Positions 1 to 9,700 of a stretch of 64,000 bases of DNA are shown piece by piece. The notes below the pieces were generated by a model. That model did no database searches. It saw only the letters and a program-made list of their open reading frames with translations, and was not told where the DNA came from. Position numbers and translations under genes: made by a program. Where the stretch lies: the IMG/VR virus record IMGVR_UViG_3300043411_001314, positions 53,503 to 117,502 of that record; one strand, given 5' to 3'. Numbering within the stretch: the first letter of the stretch is position 1; each line of letters begins with the position of its first letter. Origin of the DNA: a virus.

Positions 1-2
1 CG

Positions 3-365
3 GTGACGGTCGTCGGCCGTGGCACCATGGTCGACCAGATCGTGAACGAACTCCAAGACCTGAACGGGTTCACCCCCGCCAGCAACGAGGAGATCCTTCG
101 CACCGGCCGGCTCGGTGAGTACCGGGGCACCAACATCGTCCGCCTGAAGAACCACAAGGATGCCGACGGCAACTCCTTCTTCCCGGACAACGAGATGTTC
201 GTGCTCGGGGCCGACGCCTCGAAGACGGGCTTCTGGGGTGGCATGCACTCCGCCGAGTGGACCACCCCCGAGGGCTTCTACACCAACATCCTCGGCGTGC
301 GCACCTTCGGGTGTGCGGTCCACCACCCGGAGCGTGCTCGCCGGATCGTGGACACCTCGCTCTGA
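3..365 (+). CDS. major capsid protein, C-terminal part (truncated by window start)
   Basis: C-terminus resembles HK97-fold capsids (G-x-Y-x-G-x-x-I-V, ...RTFGCAVHHPE); followed by a terminator and head-tail genes. Confidence 0.7.
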   Translation: MTVVGRGTMVDQIVNELQDLNGFTPASNEEILRTGRLGEYRGTNIVRLKNHKDADGNSFFPDNEMFVLGADASKTGFWGGMHSAEWTTPEGFYTNILGVRTFGCAVHHPERARRIVDTSL

Positions 366-388
366 TCCCTCCCGGTCACGAGTGATGC

Positions 389-419
389 AGAGGCCGGGCC
401 TTCGGGGCCCGGCCTCTTC
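389..419 (+). terminator. intrinsic terminator-like hairpin
   Basis: AGAGGCCGGGCC-TTCGG-GGCCCGGCCTCT, 12-bp stem just after the capsid stop. Confidence 0.75.
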
Positions 420-500
420 GCGTTGCGAATGACTGGATCGGATGGGCCGATAACAGTTCGTAGACGCCGCGCCCCAGCGGCGTGATGGAAGGATGGAATC

Positions 501-1052
501 ATGACTGTGGAACTGGAAACCTGGGTGAACGAGACCCGAGCGACGTGGCTGGTCAATCGGCTGAACCCCGATGGCACCACCCGCCAGGAGATGGTGCGTG
601 GCAACGCCACGGTGATGCTCACCCCCCAGGAGCGTGAGCTCAACCAGTCGAACGCCAAGCCGGCGCTGGACCCGTTCCTGAACGGCACGTTCACCTGCCT
701 CGCCGGCGACTCGGCACCGGAGAGCTCCAACCGCCTCACCGACGACGACATCGAGGAGCTCCTCTCGGGACACTGGAAGCGTGCGGCCAAGCGCCTCGAG
801 GAGATCACCTCCGAGGCCGCCCTCACCCGTGTGCTCAACGTCGCCCTGGAGTCCGGCGCCGGCGCCAAGCGCATCGAGATGGTCCGCGACCGGATCCTGG
901 AGATCAACCCCCGACGGGTGTTCCCCACCCAGTCCCGCTCGATCTCGCCGCAGTCTGAGCTGCAGGGCGTGGCCAAGCCGACCGACCTGATCCCCGAGCC
1001 CCCGAAGACGAACTTCCAGGAGCTCGCCGGCAACCTGATGGCGAACCTGTGA
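501..1052 (+). CDS. hypothetical virion-module protein
   Basis: 183-aa ORF, purine-rich RBS, GC3-biased codons. Confidence 0.8.
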   Translation: MTVELETWVNETRATWLVNRLNPDGTTRQEMVRGNATVMLTPQERELNQSNAKPALDPFLNGTFTCLAGDSAPESSNRLTDDDIEELLSGHWKRAAKRLEEITSEAALTRVLNVALESGAGAKRIEMVRDRILEINPRRVFPTQSRSISPQSELQGVAKPTDLIPEPPKTNFQELAGNLMANL

Positions 1053-1055
1053 TGA

Positions 1056-1577
1056 GTGTCCCAGGGTTTGGAACGGAGATGTCCAGTGGAGATTGAGCTC
1101 CTCGTACCCAATCTGAAGAACTCCCTGAACGCCCCAGGCGAGGCGCTCTTCCAGGCGTCCGACAGTGAGTGGGTCGGGGCTCTGTCCAACGCGTTCTGGT
1201 GGGGCCGCATGAAGGGCTTCTTCACCGACTGGCGCACCGACACCGACGGCGAGAACATCGTCCCGGTGGTCGACGGCGGTGAAGAGATCCCGATGGAGCT
1301 CGCCCAGATCGTGGTGGCCATCGCCTCCCTCAACGCGCTCGAGGCCAAGCTCCTGTCCATGGAGACCAAGACCGTGGCCAAGGCCGGCCCCGTCGAGTAC
1401 GAGACCGGTCGGTCGGCCCAGGTGCTCACCGAGCTCCTCAAGCAGAAGCGCCGCGAGTTCGACGAGCTCAAGGCCGAGCTCGTCGGCTCCCGCTTCGCCA
1501 TCTACGGCGGCATCATCGACATGGTGCTGAGCCGTGAAGGTGCCTACATGTCCGGCTACGCCTCCTTCGTGAACTGA
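1056..1577 (+). CDS. putative head-tail adaptor
   Basis: Position after capsid; helical with KAGPVEYE beta-hairpin-like motif; start may be GTG 1086. Confidence 0.55.
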   Translation: MSQGLERRCPVEIELLVPNLKNSLNAPGEALFQASDSEWVGALSNAFWWGRMKGFFTDWRTDTDGENIVPVVDGGEEIPMELAQIVVAIASLNALEAKLLSMETKTVAKAGPVEYETGRSAQVLTELLKQKRREFDELKAELVGSRFAIYGGIIDMVLSREGAYMSGYASFVN

Positions 1578-2038
1578 TGGCCGGCGCCGACCCGAGGGGG
1601 TCCTTCAGCGGCGACGTGTTCAGGACGGCGATCCGTGCCGCCATGTCCATGGGGTCCCCGACGGTCGTCGAGGACCGAGCCACCTTCCACTTCGCCGACG
1701 GCCGCACCTTCACCGTCGCCGATGACGCCGGCGACCCCTACGACTGGACTCTGGCCCCGGACGGCGGCCTGGCCGCCCGCGCCTCAGTGCAGGTGCTGTG
1801 CGCCATCGACACCAAGTCGGCCGTAGGTGCTCGAGGTCAGCCCCGTACGCCGGTCGGCGAGTTCGACGAGGACACAGCCACCCTCTACCTGTTCGAGGAC
1901 GAGTGGGCCCTAGTCTCCGACTTCACGTCAGTGGACCTGGGCGGCTCGACCTACGTCCGCATCAAGCGGCTCATCCCGCTTGGGCTCTTCGATGTTCAGG
2001 TGGAGCAGGTGCACGTCCGGGCGGTGGACGAGTCGTGA
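1577..2038 (+). CDS. putative head closure/stopper protein
   Basis: TGATG coupling, beta-rich 153 aa, synteny. Confidence 0.5.
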   Translation: MAGADPRGSFSGDVFRTAIRAAMSMGSPTVVEDRATFHFADGRTFTVADDAGDPYDWTLAPDGGLAARASVQVLCAIDTKSAVGARGQPRTPVGEFDEDTATLYLFEDEWALVSDFTSVDLGGSTYVRIKRLIPLGLFDVQVEQVHVRAVDES

Positions 2039-2553
2039 GCACCTTCGAAGGTGGCCTCCTCGACCGGGTGGTGTTCGACTCGTTCGTGCACATGATCCGT
2101 GACTCCCTCAACCAGCTCGGCTGGTTCGACGTCGTGGACTCGGGGCGGACGCCCATCACCCTGATCACCACACCCGTGTCGCTCCATGACGAGATCCAGC
2201 CGAACACCATCGCCATCCAGTTCGAGGACCAGTTCGACGAGCCGGCCGAGATCGGCTCCAACCTGACGTTCGACAACACCATGGCCTGGGTGGAGATCTA
2301 CCCGGAGTCCATGGCCATCGGGCGCCACATCGCCGGCGACGTGCGGGACATCCTGCGAGGCAAGATGCCGTCGATCGACCGGACGGACCCGAGCTTCGAG
2401 GTCCTCGACTTCCCTAGCGGCGTCGATCCGCCGGCAGTGCTCTTCCTGGCCGACATCTCCAAGGTGGAGGTCCATCGCGACCGGGAGCCCACCACCACGG
2501 CAGGCCGGTTCTGGTTCGCTGTATCAGCGATTCTTGAGGAGGAGAGACCATGA
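2035..2553 (+). CDS. putative tail terminator
   Basis: GTGA coupling (MSTFEGG...), 172 aa, synteny. Confidence 0.5.
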   Translation: MSTFEGGLLDRVVFDSFVHMIRDSLNQLGWFDVVDSGRTPITLITTPVSLHDEIQPNTIAIQFEDQFDEPAEIGSNLTFDNTMAWVEIYPESMAIGRHIAGDVRDILRGKMPSIDRTDPSFEVLDFPSGVDPPAVLFLADISKVEVHRDREPTTTAGRFWFAVSAILEEERP

Positions 2554-2807
2554 CGGCGTTGGAGGATGTGACCGAGCTGGTTCGCCGACACCAGAAGCGG
2601 TGCGCCCGCACCATCCTGGAGGCCAAGGACGCCGGCGCCACCGACGACGTCCTGCGCAAGGTGGTGCTCGACGCCATCGGCGACTTCGCCGACCTCGTGG
2701 TGTCCGTGTTGCCATCAGTCACCCGCGAGGACATCATGCTGAACGGGTACGCACTGGAACTGCTCGAGCAGATCCACACCTCAGTGGGCGCGGCAGCGGA
2801 GTCCTGA
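2550..2807 (+). CDS. hypothetical protein
   Basis: ATGA coupling, GGAGGAG RBS. Confidence 0.75.
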   Translation: MTALEDVTELVRRHQKRCARTILEAKDAGATDDVLRKVVLDAIGDFADLVVSVLPSVTREDIMLNGYALELLEQIHTSVGAAAES

Positions 2808-3748
2808 TGGCGAAGAAGGTGGCCCTCTCCAAGGGTCAGTTTCACGATCTCGTCCCCTTCGCGTCCGCCGCCCTCAACGACATAGCGGTACAGGGGTCCG
2901 GGTTCGCCGGATCACTCATCGCCACAGCGGTAGCGGAGACGGTCGACCAGTCGACCAGGGCGGTGGCCAAGCAGCTGGCCGAGGTGGCTCGCGTCATCAG
3001 TGAGGGCCTGGAGCCGGAGGAGTTCCGTAAGGCCCACCAACGGATCGGCGAGGCCGCCCAGAGGTCCGTGGTCGCCTCCTACAACGCCTCGAGGAACGGC
3101 CAGACGCGAGGCGCTTCCGGCTACCGCTCCGATGAGCGCTACTCCGGTGGCAAGCTGCTCGGCGCCTTGAACAGCCCGGACTTCTTCCGCGCCACAGCGG
3201 CGGGCCTGGAGTTCATCAACGTCGGCATGCTCAACGACCAGGCCGCCCAGTGGGCGCGCCTCAACTTCGGCGCCCAGCCCCGGGGCCGCGGTTCACGACG
3301 TCAGTTCAGCGTGCAGGTCGGCCAGATGATCCTGGCGACCATCGGGTTCAACGAACCAGCGCGGCCCGGGTTCCTGCTGCCGAAGGGCTACTTCTGGAAG
3401 GACGGTCAGCCCGTCCGCCCAGGCCCCCCCACACCTGGGACGGAGTTCTACCTCGCCGGTACTGGTCCCCGGAAGGGGAAGGACCGGGTTCGGGGTGCCG
3501 CCGACGGCGAACGTGGCAGCTTCAACGCCATGGTCGGCCCGAAGCGTTCCCTCGGCATCGAGGCCCGGAACTTCCTGGATGCCGGCCTCTATACCATCGC
3601 TCATGAGATCGGCCCTGCCTACATCAAGATCGTCAACGACATGTACCGTCGCGGCGAGTCGACTGTTCGTCCGGCGCCCATCACCTTCAAGGTGCACACG
3701 AATGCGACGTTCCGACGTTCGTCGACTTCAGGCTTGAAGTGGGACTGA
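2807..3748 (+). CDS. putative tail completion (HK97 gp10-like) protein
   Basis: TGATG coupling (MAKKVALSK...); WARLNFG...GIEARNFL motifs resemble gp10-like proteins. Confidence 0.5.
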   Translation: MAKKVALSKGQFHDLVPFASAALNDIAVQGSGFAGSLIATAVAETVDQSTRAVAKQLAEVARVISEGLEPEEFRKAHQRIGEAAQRSVVASYNASRNGQTRGASGYRSDERYSGGKLLGALNSPDFFRATAAGLEFINVGMLNDQAAQWARLNFGAQPRGRGSRRQFSVQVGQMILATIGFNEPARPGFLLPKGYFWKDGQPVRPGPPTPGTEFYLAGTGPRKGKDRVRGAADGERGSFNAMVGPKRSLGIEARNFLDAGLYTIAHEIGPAYIKIVNDMYRRGESTVRPAPITFKVHTNATFRRSSTSGLKWD

Positions 3749-3751
3749 TCC

Positions 3752-3780
3752 TTGACTCACCACTGGGTGGTCTGTAGGAT
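3752..3780 (+). promoter_or_regulatory. SigA-type promoter
   Basis: TTGACT-N17-TAGGAT upstream of tRNA pair and major tail gene. Confidence 0.7.
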
Positions 3781-3868
3781 TTCAACCGTGCGCACCACCC
3801 TGCTCCCACCCGTCCCGCGATGGCGGGGCTGACGGCCTGATTGGTCGGTCACACCCCGCGCGAGTCTC

Positions 3869-3942
3869 CGGGGTGTGGTGTAGTGGTAGCACGGGTAGTT
3901 TGGGACTATCTGGTGGGGGTTCGATTCCCTCCACCCCGACCA
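3869..3942 (+). tRNA. tRNA-Pro(UGG)
   Basis: Acceptor CGGGGTG/CACCCCG, anticodon arm GGTAG-TTTGGGA-CTATC, T-loop TTCGATT, A73, encoded CCA. Confidence 0.93.
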
Positions 3943-3961
3943 GCAGGCTTCATCCATTCCT

Positions 3962-4035
3962 ACGGGTGTAGCTCAGTGGTAGAGCAGCGGCTTCCAATCC
4001 CGCCGGCGAGGGTTCGACTCCTTCCACCCGTGCCA
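3962..4035 (+). tRNA. tRNA-Trp(CCA), C31-C39 mismatch
   Basis: Acceptor ACGGGTG/CACCCGT, G73, CCA end; anticodon arm GCGGC-TTCCAAT-CCCGC. Confidence 0.85.
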
Positions 4036-4114
4036 CGCAGGCGCTGAATGAACCCCCCTCCAGGGGCCGATGAACGTTCGTAACCAAGTTCGTTCACCAA
4101 CCCTGGAGTGATCT

Positions 4115-5512
4115 GTGAGCGTCAAAGCAGGCAAGGTTCTTACTGTCGGCAACGGCTTCCTCGTGGATCGCCTCCAGTCGACCGGTGGGTCCGGCGTCAA
4201 CTTCCCCGAGGAGAGAATCCTCGAAACCGGCAACGAGCTGGCGGTCGACACCGTCTCGGACACCCCGCAGGTGTCGATCGAGCTCGAGTCGCTGGACACC
4301 ACGGTCGAGACCGAGGCGATCCTGATCAACGTCGACGAGACCACGCTGTCCGACGGCGACATCATCGACCTCCGTGACGCCAAGCCGCTGGACATCGTGT
4401 CCCCGGTGAAGGGCGCCGGTACGTCGAAGGACACCGTGGCCGGCGTGATCTGGGGTCAGTGCCAGCTGGAGTCCGCCACCTGGCGGTACGGTGTTCGCCA
4501 GAACGCCACCCAGTCGTTCTCGCTGACCTCCGACTCCCAGTACATCGGCGTCTACACGCCGTACCGTCAGGAGTGGGCTGCGGCCGGCACCGGCCCGTAC
4601 GCCTTCACCAACACCGCCATCAAGACGGTGGAGAAGGGCTCGGACCTGTACGCCCTGGCCGTGTGCATCCATGAGTCGGACGGCACCTACACCCCGCTGT
4701 TCCATGGTGCGGACTACACCAACACCAACGCCGGGTTCACCCTCGTCTCCGCTGCACCCGGTGGCTCGACCGTGACCGCCTGCTACTTCTCGGCGACGGA
4801 CACCACGTTCGCTCAGACCGTGCACCCGACCCCGTCGGTGAAGCCGGCGGCTGTGCGCGGCAAGGACATCGAGTTCTACCTCGGCGTTGGCCCGACCCGC
4901 GTCTTCACTGGGTCCACCACGAACGCTGACGCCACGCTGACGGCTGCTGGCGGTGCGTTCACCTCGGCTGACGTCGGGGCTCTCATCGAAGCGACTGGCG
5001 TCACCGCCGGCACCACCATCGCGTCGGTGACCAACTCGACCACCGTGGAGCTCTCAGCCAACGCCACCGCCACCGGCAGCGTCGATGTCACCCTTCGGCC
5101 ACCGCTGGTGTGGTGGAGAGGCGTCCAGTCGGTGGACGTCTCCTGGCGTGTCCAGATGGAGCGTGAAGAGGAGCTCGGCAACCCACACAACGTGGCGTCG
5201 GACTACGACGTGCCTGAGGTCGGTGGCTCGATCACCATGCGCCCGTCCACCATCGACTACCTGGTGGAGAAGGCAGCGCAGATCGCCGGCGTGCCCACCA
5301 CGCAGATCTCGAACCTCCTCCAGTCTGCGCTCCTCGAGCTGCAGATCCGGATCAACCACCCGTCGACGGGCTCTCGCCTGAAGACCTTCCGCTGCCGTGA
5401 CGCCCGTGTGCGTCCGCCGGCGTTCGGTGCCCGGGTGAACCAGAAGGTGGAGCCGCAGTTCCAGTGGACCTCGGCTTCCGGCGACCTGGAGATCATCAAG
5501 GGCGCCCCGTAA
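4115..5512 (+). CDS. major tail protein with extra beta-rich domains
   Basis: 465 aa, Thr/Gly/Ala-rich, directly upstream of chaperone and tape measure. Confidence 0.8.
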   Translation: MSVKAGKVLTVGNGFLVDRLQSTGGSGVNFPEERILETGNELAVDTVSDTPQVSIELESLDTTVETEAILINVDETTLSDGDIIDLRDAKPLDIVSPVKGAGTSKDTVAGVIWGQCQLESATWRYGVRQNATQSFSLTSDSQYIGVYTPYRQEWAAAGTGPYAFTNTAIKTVEKGSDLYALAVCIHESDGTYTPLFHGADYTNTNAGFTLVSAAPGGSTVTACYFSATDTTFAQTVHPTPSVKPAAVRGKDIEFYLGVGPTRVFTGSTTNADATLTAAGGAFTSADVGALIEATGVTAGTTIASVTNSTTVELSANATATGSVDVTLRPPLVWWRGVQSVDVSWRVQMEREEELGNPHNVASDYDVPEVGGSITMRPSTIDYLVEKAAQIAGVPTTQISNLLQSALLELQIRINHPSTGSRLKTFRCRDARVRPPAFGARVNQKVEPQFQWTSASGDLEIIKGAP

Positions 5513-5518
5513 TCGAGG

Positions 5519-5559
5519 CGGGGGCGATGCCGTAGGCAGGGGACACGGCATCGCCCCCG
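5519..5559 (+). terminator. stable hairpin after major tail gene
   Basis: CGGGGGCGATGCCG...CGGCATCGCCCCCG, 14-bp stem, no U tract. Confidence 0.65.
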
Positions 5560-5605
5560 ACGGTGGCCAGCATTTCGAAGGAACAACGGAAGGACAAGGA
5601 TCAAC

Positions 5606-6469
5606 ATGCGCCTCAGCGACATGTACAAGACCAGTGAGGAAGTCACGTTCATGCAGGGGTCCGACGCCGAAGAGACGGTGGCGGTCGTCAAGCTGAACGA
5701 GCCGGAGCAGGCCACCTTGGCCCGCAAAGCCGGTGCCGCCCGAGCCCGGGCCATCGCCGAGCTCCGAGACCCGGAGTCGGATCTCTCACTGGAGCTTCGG
5801 ATGGTCCTCGTCGGCATGACCGAGGACGAGTTGATCTCCCAGATCATCGACGAGGATCTCGAGCAGAAGCTCCTGTCGGTCCACGAGGAGCTCGCCGCAT
5901 CGGATGAGTGGTCGACTGACGACTACCTCCACGGCCTCGAGGAGGCGTGGAACGGCTCGGCCGACGAGCCTGGCCTCAAGGTCACCGGCGCCGACACCGA
6001 AGAGGGCCAGCGGGTCCTCAACGAGTTGTCCCGCTTCCACACCAAGGTAGGGGAGCTCATCGCTGCTGAGCGGGCGGATCTCCGCGCTGGGTTCGAGGGG
6101 CTCGACATGGAGTTCCTCCTCGACAAGGCGTACGCAGCCTGCGTGAAGCGCAAGGCCGACCAGGTGTTCATGGACGAGTACGTCCGCCGGCGCACCTACA
6201 TGTCGACCCGTGTCGGATCCGCCCCCGAGGATCGCCGCAAGTACTACTTCGACTCGATCGAGGACTACGACGACTGCGATGAGCTGATGATCAAGCAGCG
6301 GTTGATGAAGGCGTACGCCGAGATGGCCGTGGAGGGTGTGGAGGGAAAAGAATCGCCGGGTCACCCCGGTTCCTCGCCCTCGTCCGAAGCTCCCGCCACG
6401 GAGCCGGTGTCGGCTCGCTCCGCCCGTCCGGCTGCGAAGCGTTCGAAGACGTCCCGAGCGAGTGGGTAA
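5606..6469 (+). CDS. tail assembly chaperone (gpG-like)
   Basis: Acidic helical ORF between tail tube and tape measure, with slippery site. Confidence 0.85.
   Translation: MRLSDMYKTSEEVTFMQGSDAEETVAVVKLNEPEQATLARKAGAARARAIAELRDPESDLSLELRMVLVGMTEDELISQIIDEDLEQKLLSVHEELAASDEWSTDDYLHGLEEAWNGSADEPGLKVTGADTEEGQRVLNELSRFHTKVGELIAAERADLRAGFEGLDMEFLLDKAYAACVKRKADQVFMDEYVRRRTYMSTRVGSAPEDRRKYYFDSIEDYDDCDELMIKQRLMKAYAEMAVEGVEGKESPGHPGSSPSSEAPATEPVSARSARPAAKRSKTSRASG
6343..6349 (+). other. -1 programmed frameshift site G GGA AAA
   Basis: In-frame X XXY YYZ heptamer; -1 frame is open (GKRIAGSPRFLALV...) to stop at 6693. Confidence 0.85.
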
Positions 6470-6693
6470 TGGCCGTCGCCCACGCTGACCACATCCTGGA
6501 GCTCCAGGCGAACCTCGACGGCAAAGAGATGCCGCCGGAGTGGATGTGGACTCTGCCGTGGGAGATGGAGCGCCACATGAAGAAGGTGGTTGCCGCCCGC
6601 AAGGAGAAGTACGGGAAGGACGACGACGACGAGGACATGGAGGGGGAAGGCTGGACCCGCAATGAGATGATCCCTGACGCGTGGCGCGACTGA
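6343..6693 (+). CDS. tail assembly chaperone, frameshifted C-terminal part (gpT-like)
   Basis: Continues into ORF 6469-6693 (PPEWMW...). Confidence 0.8.
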   Translation, partial: GKRIAGSPRFLALVRSSRHGAGVGSLRPSGCEAFEDVPSEWVMAVAHADHILELQANLDGKEMPPEWMWTLPWEMERHMKKVVAARKEKYGKDDDDEDMEGEGWTRNEMIPDAWRD

Positions 6694-6705
6694 GAGGTGT
6701 GAGCA

Positions 6706-9700
6706 GTGGAGACTTACAAGCTGAACTTCAAGGTCGGGATCGACAAGACCGACGTCACCGCGTTCATCAGGGACATGAATCGTGCCGCCGCCGAGGCGTC
6801 ATCTTCCATCGCCAAGGCTGCTTCCGGCGCCCAGGCGAAGGTGGGCGCCGGAGCTCCTGGCGCTGTAGCCACCCGGGGTATTGCCGACATCGAAGGTCAG
6901 CTGCGCGGCAGGGTTGGCTTGGCCGAGCGGTCCGGCCTGTTCTCCACCGGCCAAATACGGGACCTTCAGGGTGCCGTCAACGAGATCGTCCGACTTGCCA
7001 GGTCGGGGGTCCGCAAGGACGTCACCGCCGCTGGGCGCAACCTCACGTCCGACCTCGGTGCGTCGGGCGGTAAGGCGTACCGGTCGCGTGTCGGCGGCGT
7101 CGAGCAGTCGGTCTACCGTCGCGCCGAGGCCGAGGCCCAGGCCGCCGAGGCCGCCACTCAGGCCGCCGCCGAAGAGGGGCGACTGAACGCTTGGCGTAAG
7201 AACGCCCGGGCCCGCCTTCAGGGGTCCATCTCCACCGAGAACGCCGCCCGCGCCGAGTCGGCCAAGGCCGCCGAGCTCGAGGCCGCTGCCCGACTGAAGG
7301 AGGCCAATGAGGCGGAGAAGCAGGCCGCAGCGGCCAAGGCCAGGGCTGACAAGGCCCGCCCCATCTACGGCCCCCCGAAGCCGCCGAAAAGCGGGGTCGC
7401 CCCAGGTGTCGCCGCGGCCGAACGGCAGGCCAAGGAGCTCGCCGCTGCCCAGGCCAAGCTCGACAGGGAGCAGGCCAGGGCCCAGGCCAAGGCCGCCGCC
7501 GCCGCCTCTGAGCCGGAAGATGCCGTCCTGAAGAGGTTTGGTCTCCTCCCAGAGGGGGGGCTGGACTATTACTCCAAGGTGATGGGTGGCCCTGGCCCTG
7601 GCCTTGGTTGGGCTCGCCTCAACGCCGGACCCACGTCGGCGCTCGATCGCTACCGCGACCTGAACACCGGCATCGGCCGTAACGAGTTCGCGAACAACAC
7701 CGTCCTCGATGGGGATGACAAGACCCTCGCCGAGATGTCGGCCGAGGCCCGCGCCAACCTGACCTCGCTTGAGCGGATGCGTCAGGCCACCGAGGAGCTG
7801 GCCAAGGCCGAGCAGTACCTGGCAGACCTCATGGGCCTGTCAAGCCGCGACATGTCCGGCAAGCTCCGCGCCGCCGCCGGGCCCGGTCGTCTGGCCGAAC
7901 TCCTGGAGCTCCGTGCGAAAAGGGAGGGGACCGCCGGGCTTCAAGACCTTGAGGGGTTTGAGGCCGCCGCCGACCAACGCCGGGCCAACGAGGTCAAGGA
8001 AGCCAAGAACAGGTACATCACCGACGACGACCTCGACGCCGCCGTCGGCGTGAAGGTGGAATCGGAGAGGCACACCAACGTCATCCGCGGCCGTGCCGCC
8101 GACGAGAAGCGCAGCAACCAGCGGCTGATCGAGGCCGACGCGGAACGAATCGTCGCGACCAACTTGGCATCCTCGGCTTCGAAGCGCATGGCTGCCGACA
8201 TGATGCGTGCGGCGGGGGTGGGACGCGAACGTGAGGCGACGCCGACGCAGCGTTTCCAGGCGTGGATCGCCAACCGCGGGGGCGGCGACAACCTGCCCCG
8301 CCCAGCCACCGACTTCATGCAGGGCAAGCAGCTGGCTGCTTCCCGCATCATGACCACCGCCTCCTTCGCCGCCTCTGGTGGCCTGCTGTACGGCGCCATG
8401 AGCCTCGGGTCCGACATCATGCGGGAGTCGACCGAGCTCCAGGTCGAGCTCGGGATCATCGAGTCCCAGATCAACTCCCTGGACGCCACCGCCAACAAGG
8501 TGTCGCTCGAGAAGCTCCGCGACGAGCTCCACAAGACGTCCGTGGCGTCGGGTGTGGAGATGAACGAGGTTGCCAACGTCACCCGCCAGCTCGCCGGGGC
8601 ATTCGCCGACCCGGAGACCGGGAACGCCAACTTCGCCCTCGCCCAGAAGGAGGCGGACGTCGCCCTGCGGTACTCGAAGATCTCTGGGATCCCCCAGCAG
8701 GAGATCACCGACTCCATGTCGGCCATCTCCCTGGCCTTCCGGGATGTCGACACCGACGTACCGCTTGGGTTCGAGCGGATTCTCGACACGGTCCTGGCGC
8801 TGGAGAACCGCTTCGGCGTTCTCAGCCCGGAGATCGTCAAGTTCACCGCCGATCTTGCCCCCCTCGGCAAGGAGCTCGGCTTCACCCAGGAGCAGCTGTC
8901 CGGCCTCGGCGCCGTCGCCCAGTCGCGGTCCGGGCGCTCCGGCACGGTGCTGTCCGAGCAGCTCGGCCGGATCCTGCCGTCCCTCCAGGACCAACAGAAG
9001 AAGCTGTATGAGCTGTTCAGCTTGAACGCAAACACCGAGGGTGCCGTTGGCGATCTGATGAAGGGGTTCTCGGAGGGTGACACCCCCGAGGTCCTGCGGA
9101 CCCTGGTGAAGAACTACGACAAGTTGACGAAGGAGCAGCAGAACGAGATGGCGTCTCTCGTCGGCTCCCGCCGCGAGGCCGCCACCTTCTACGCCCTGTT
9201 GGATTCGCCGAAGCTGACCGAGGATGTCCTCAACGGGGACTTCGTCGCCGGCGGTGAGTTCGAGAATCGCTGGGACAGCTACGAGCAGACCGTCACCCTG
9301 TCAACCCAGCGGATGCGTCGGGCGGTAGAGGAGTTCGGCCAGAAGCTGTTCGACGCTGGCATCGACGACCTGTTGATCAAGGGTGCTCAGTTCGGCACCG
9401 TCATAGCCGCCGCCCTGTCTGGCGCTGTCAGCTGGATGACCAAGCTGAACGACCTGATGGGTGGTCACCTGACCACGGTACTGCTCGCCGTGGGGGCGTG
9501 GAGAACCTTCGGGCCCTACGTCGCCAAGGCGGTGGCGGCGATGAAGGGATCAGCGGCCTTCGGCGGCCTCATGGGGCGGAGCGGAGCGGTTCCCGGGGCG
9601 GCCGGCCCCATGGTCGGAGCGGGGCCGTTCGGTGGCATGCTGTACGCCGCCCCCCCCGTCCAGGGCCCCCCCGCCCCGGGCACTCCTGGCGCCCCCCGCC

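Noticed and set aside
3962-4035. tRNA-Gly(UCC) reading
   Set aside because: Arm register centres CCA, and A1-U72 and G73 fit Trp
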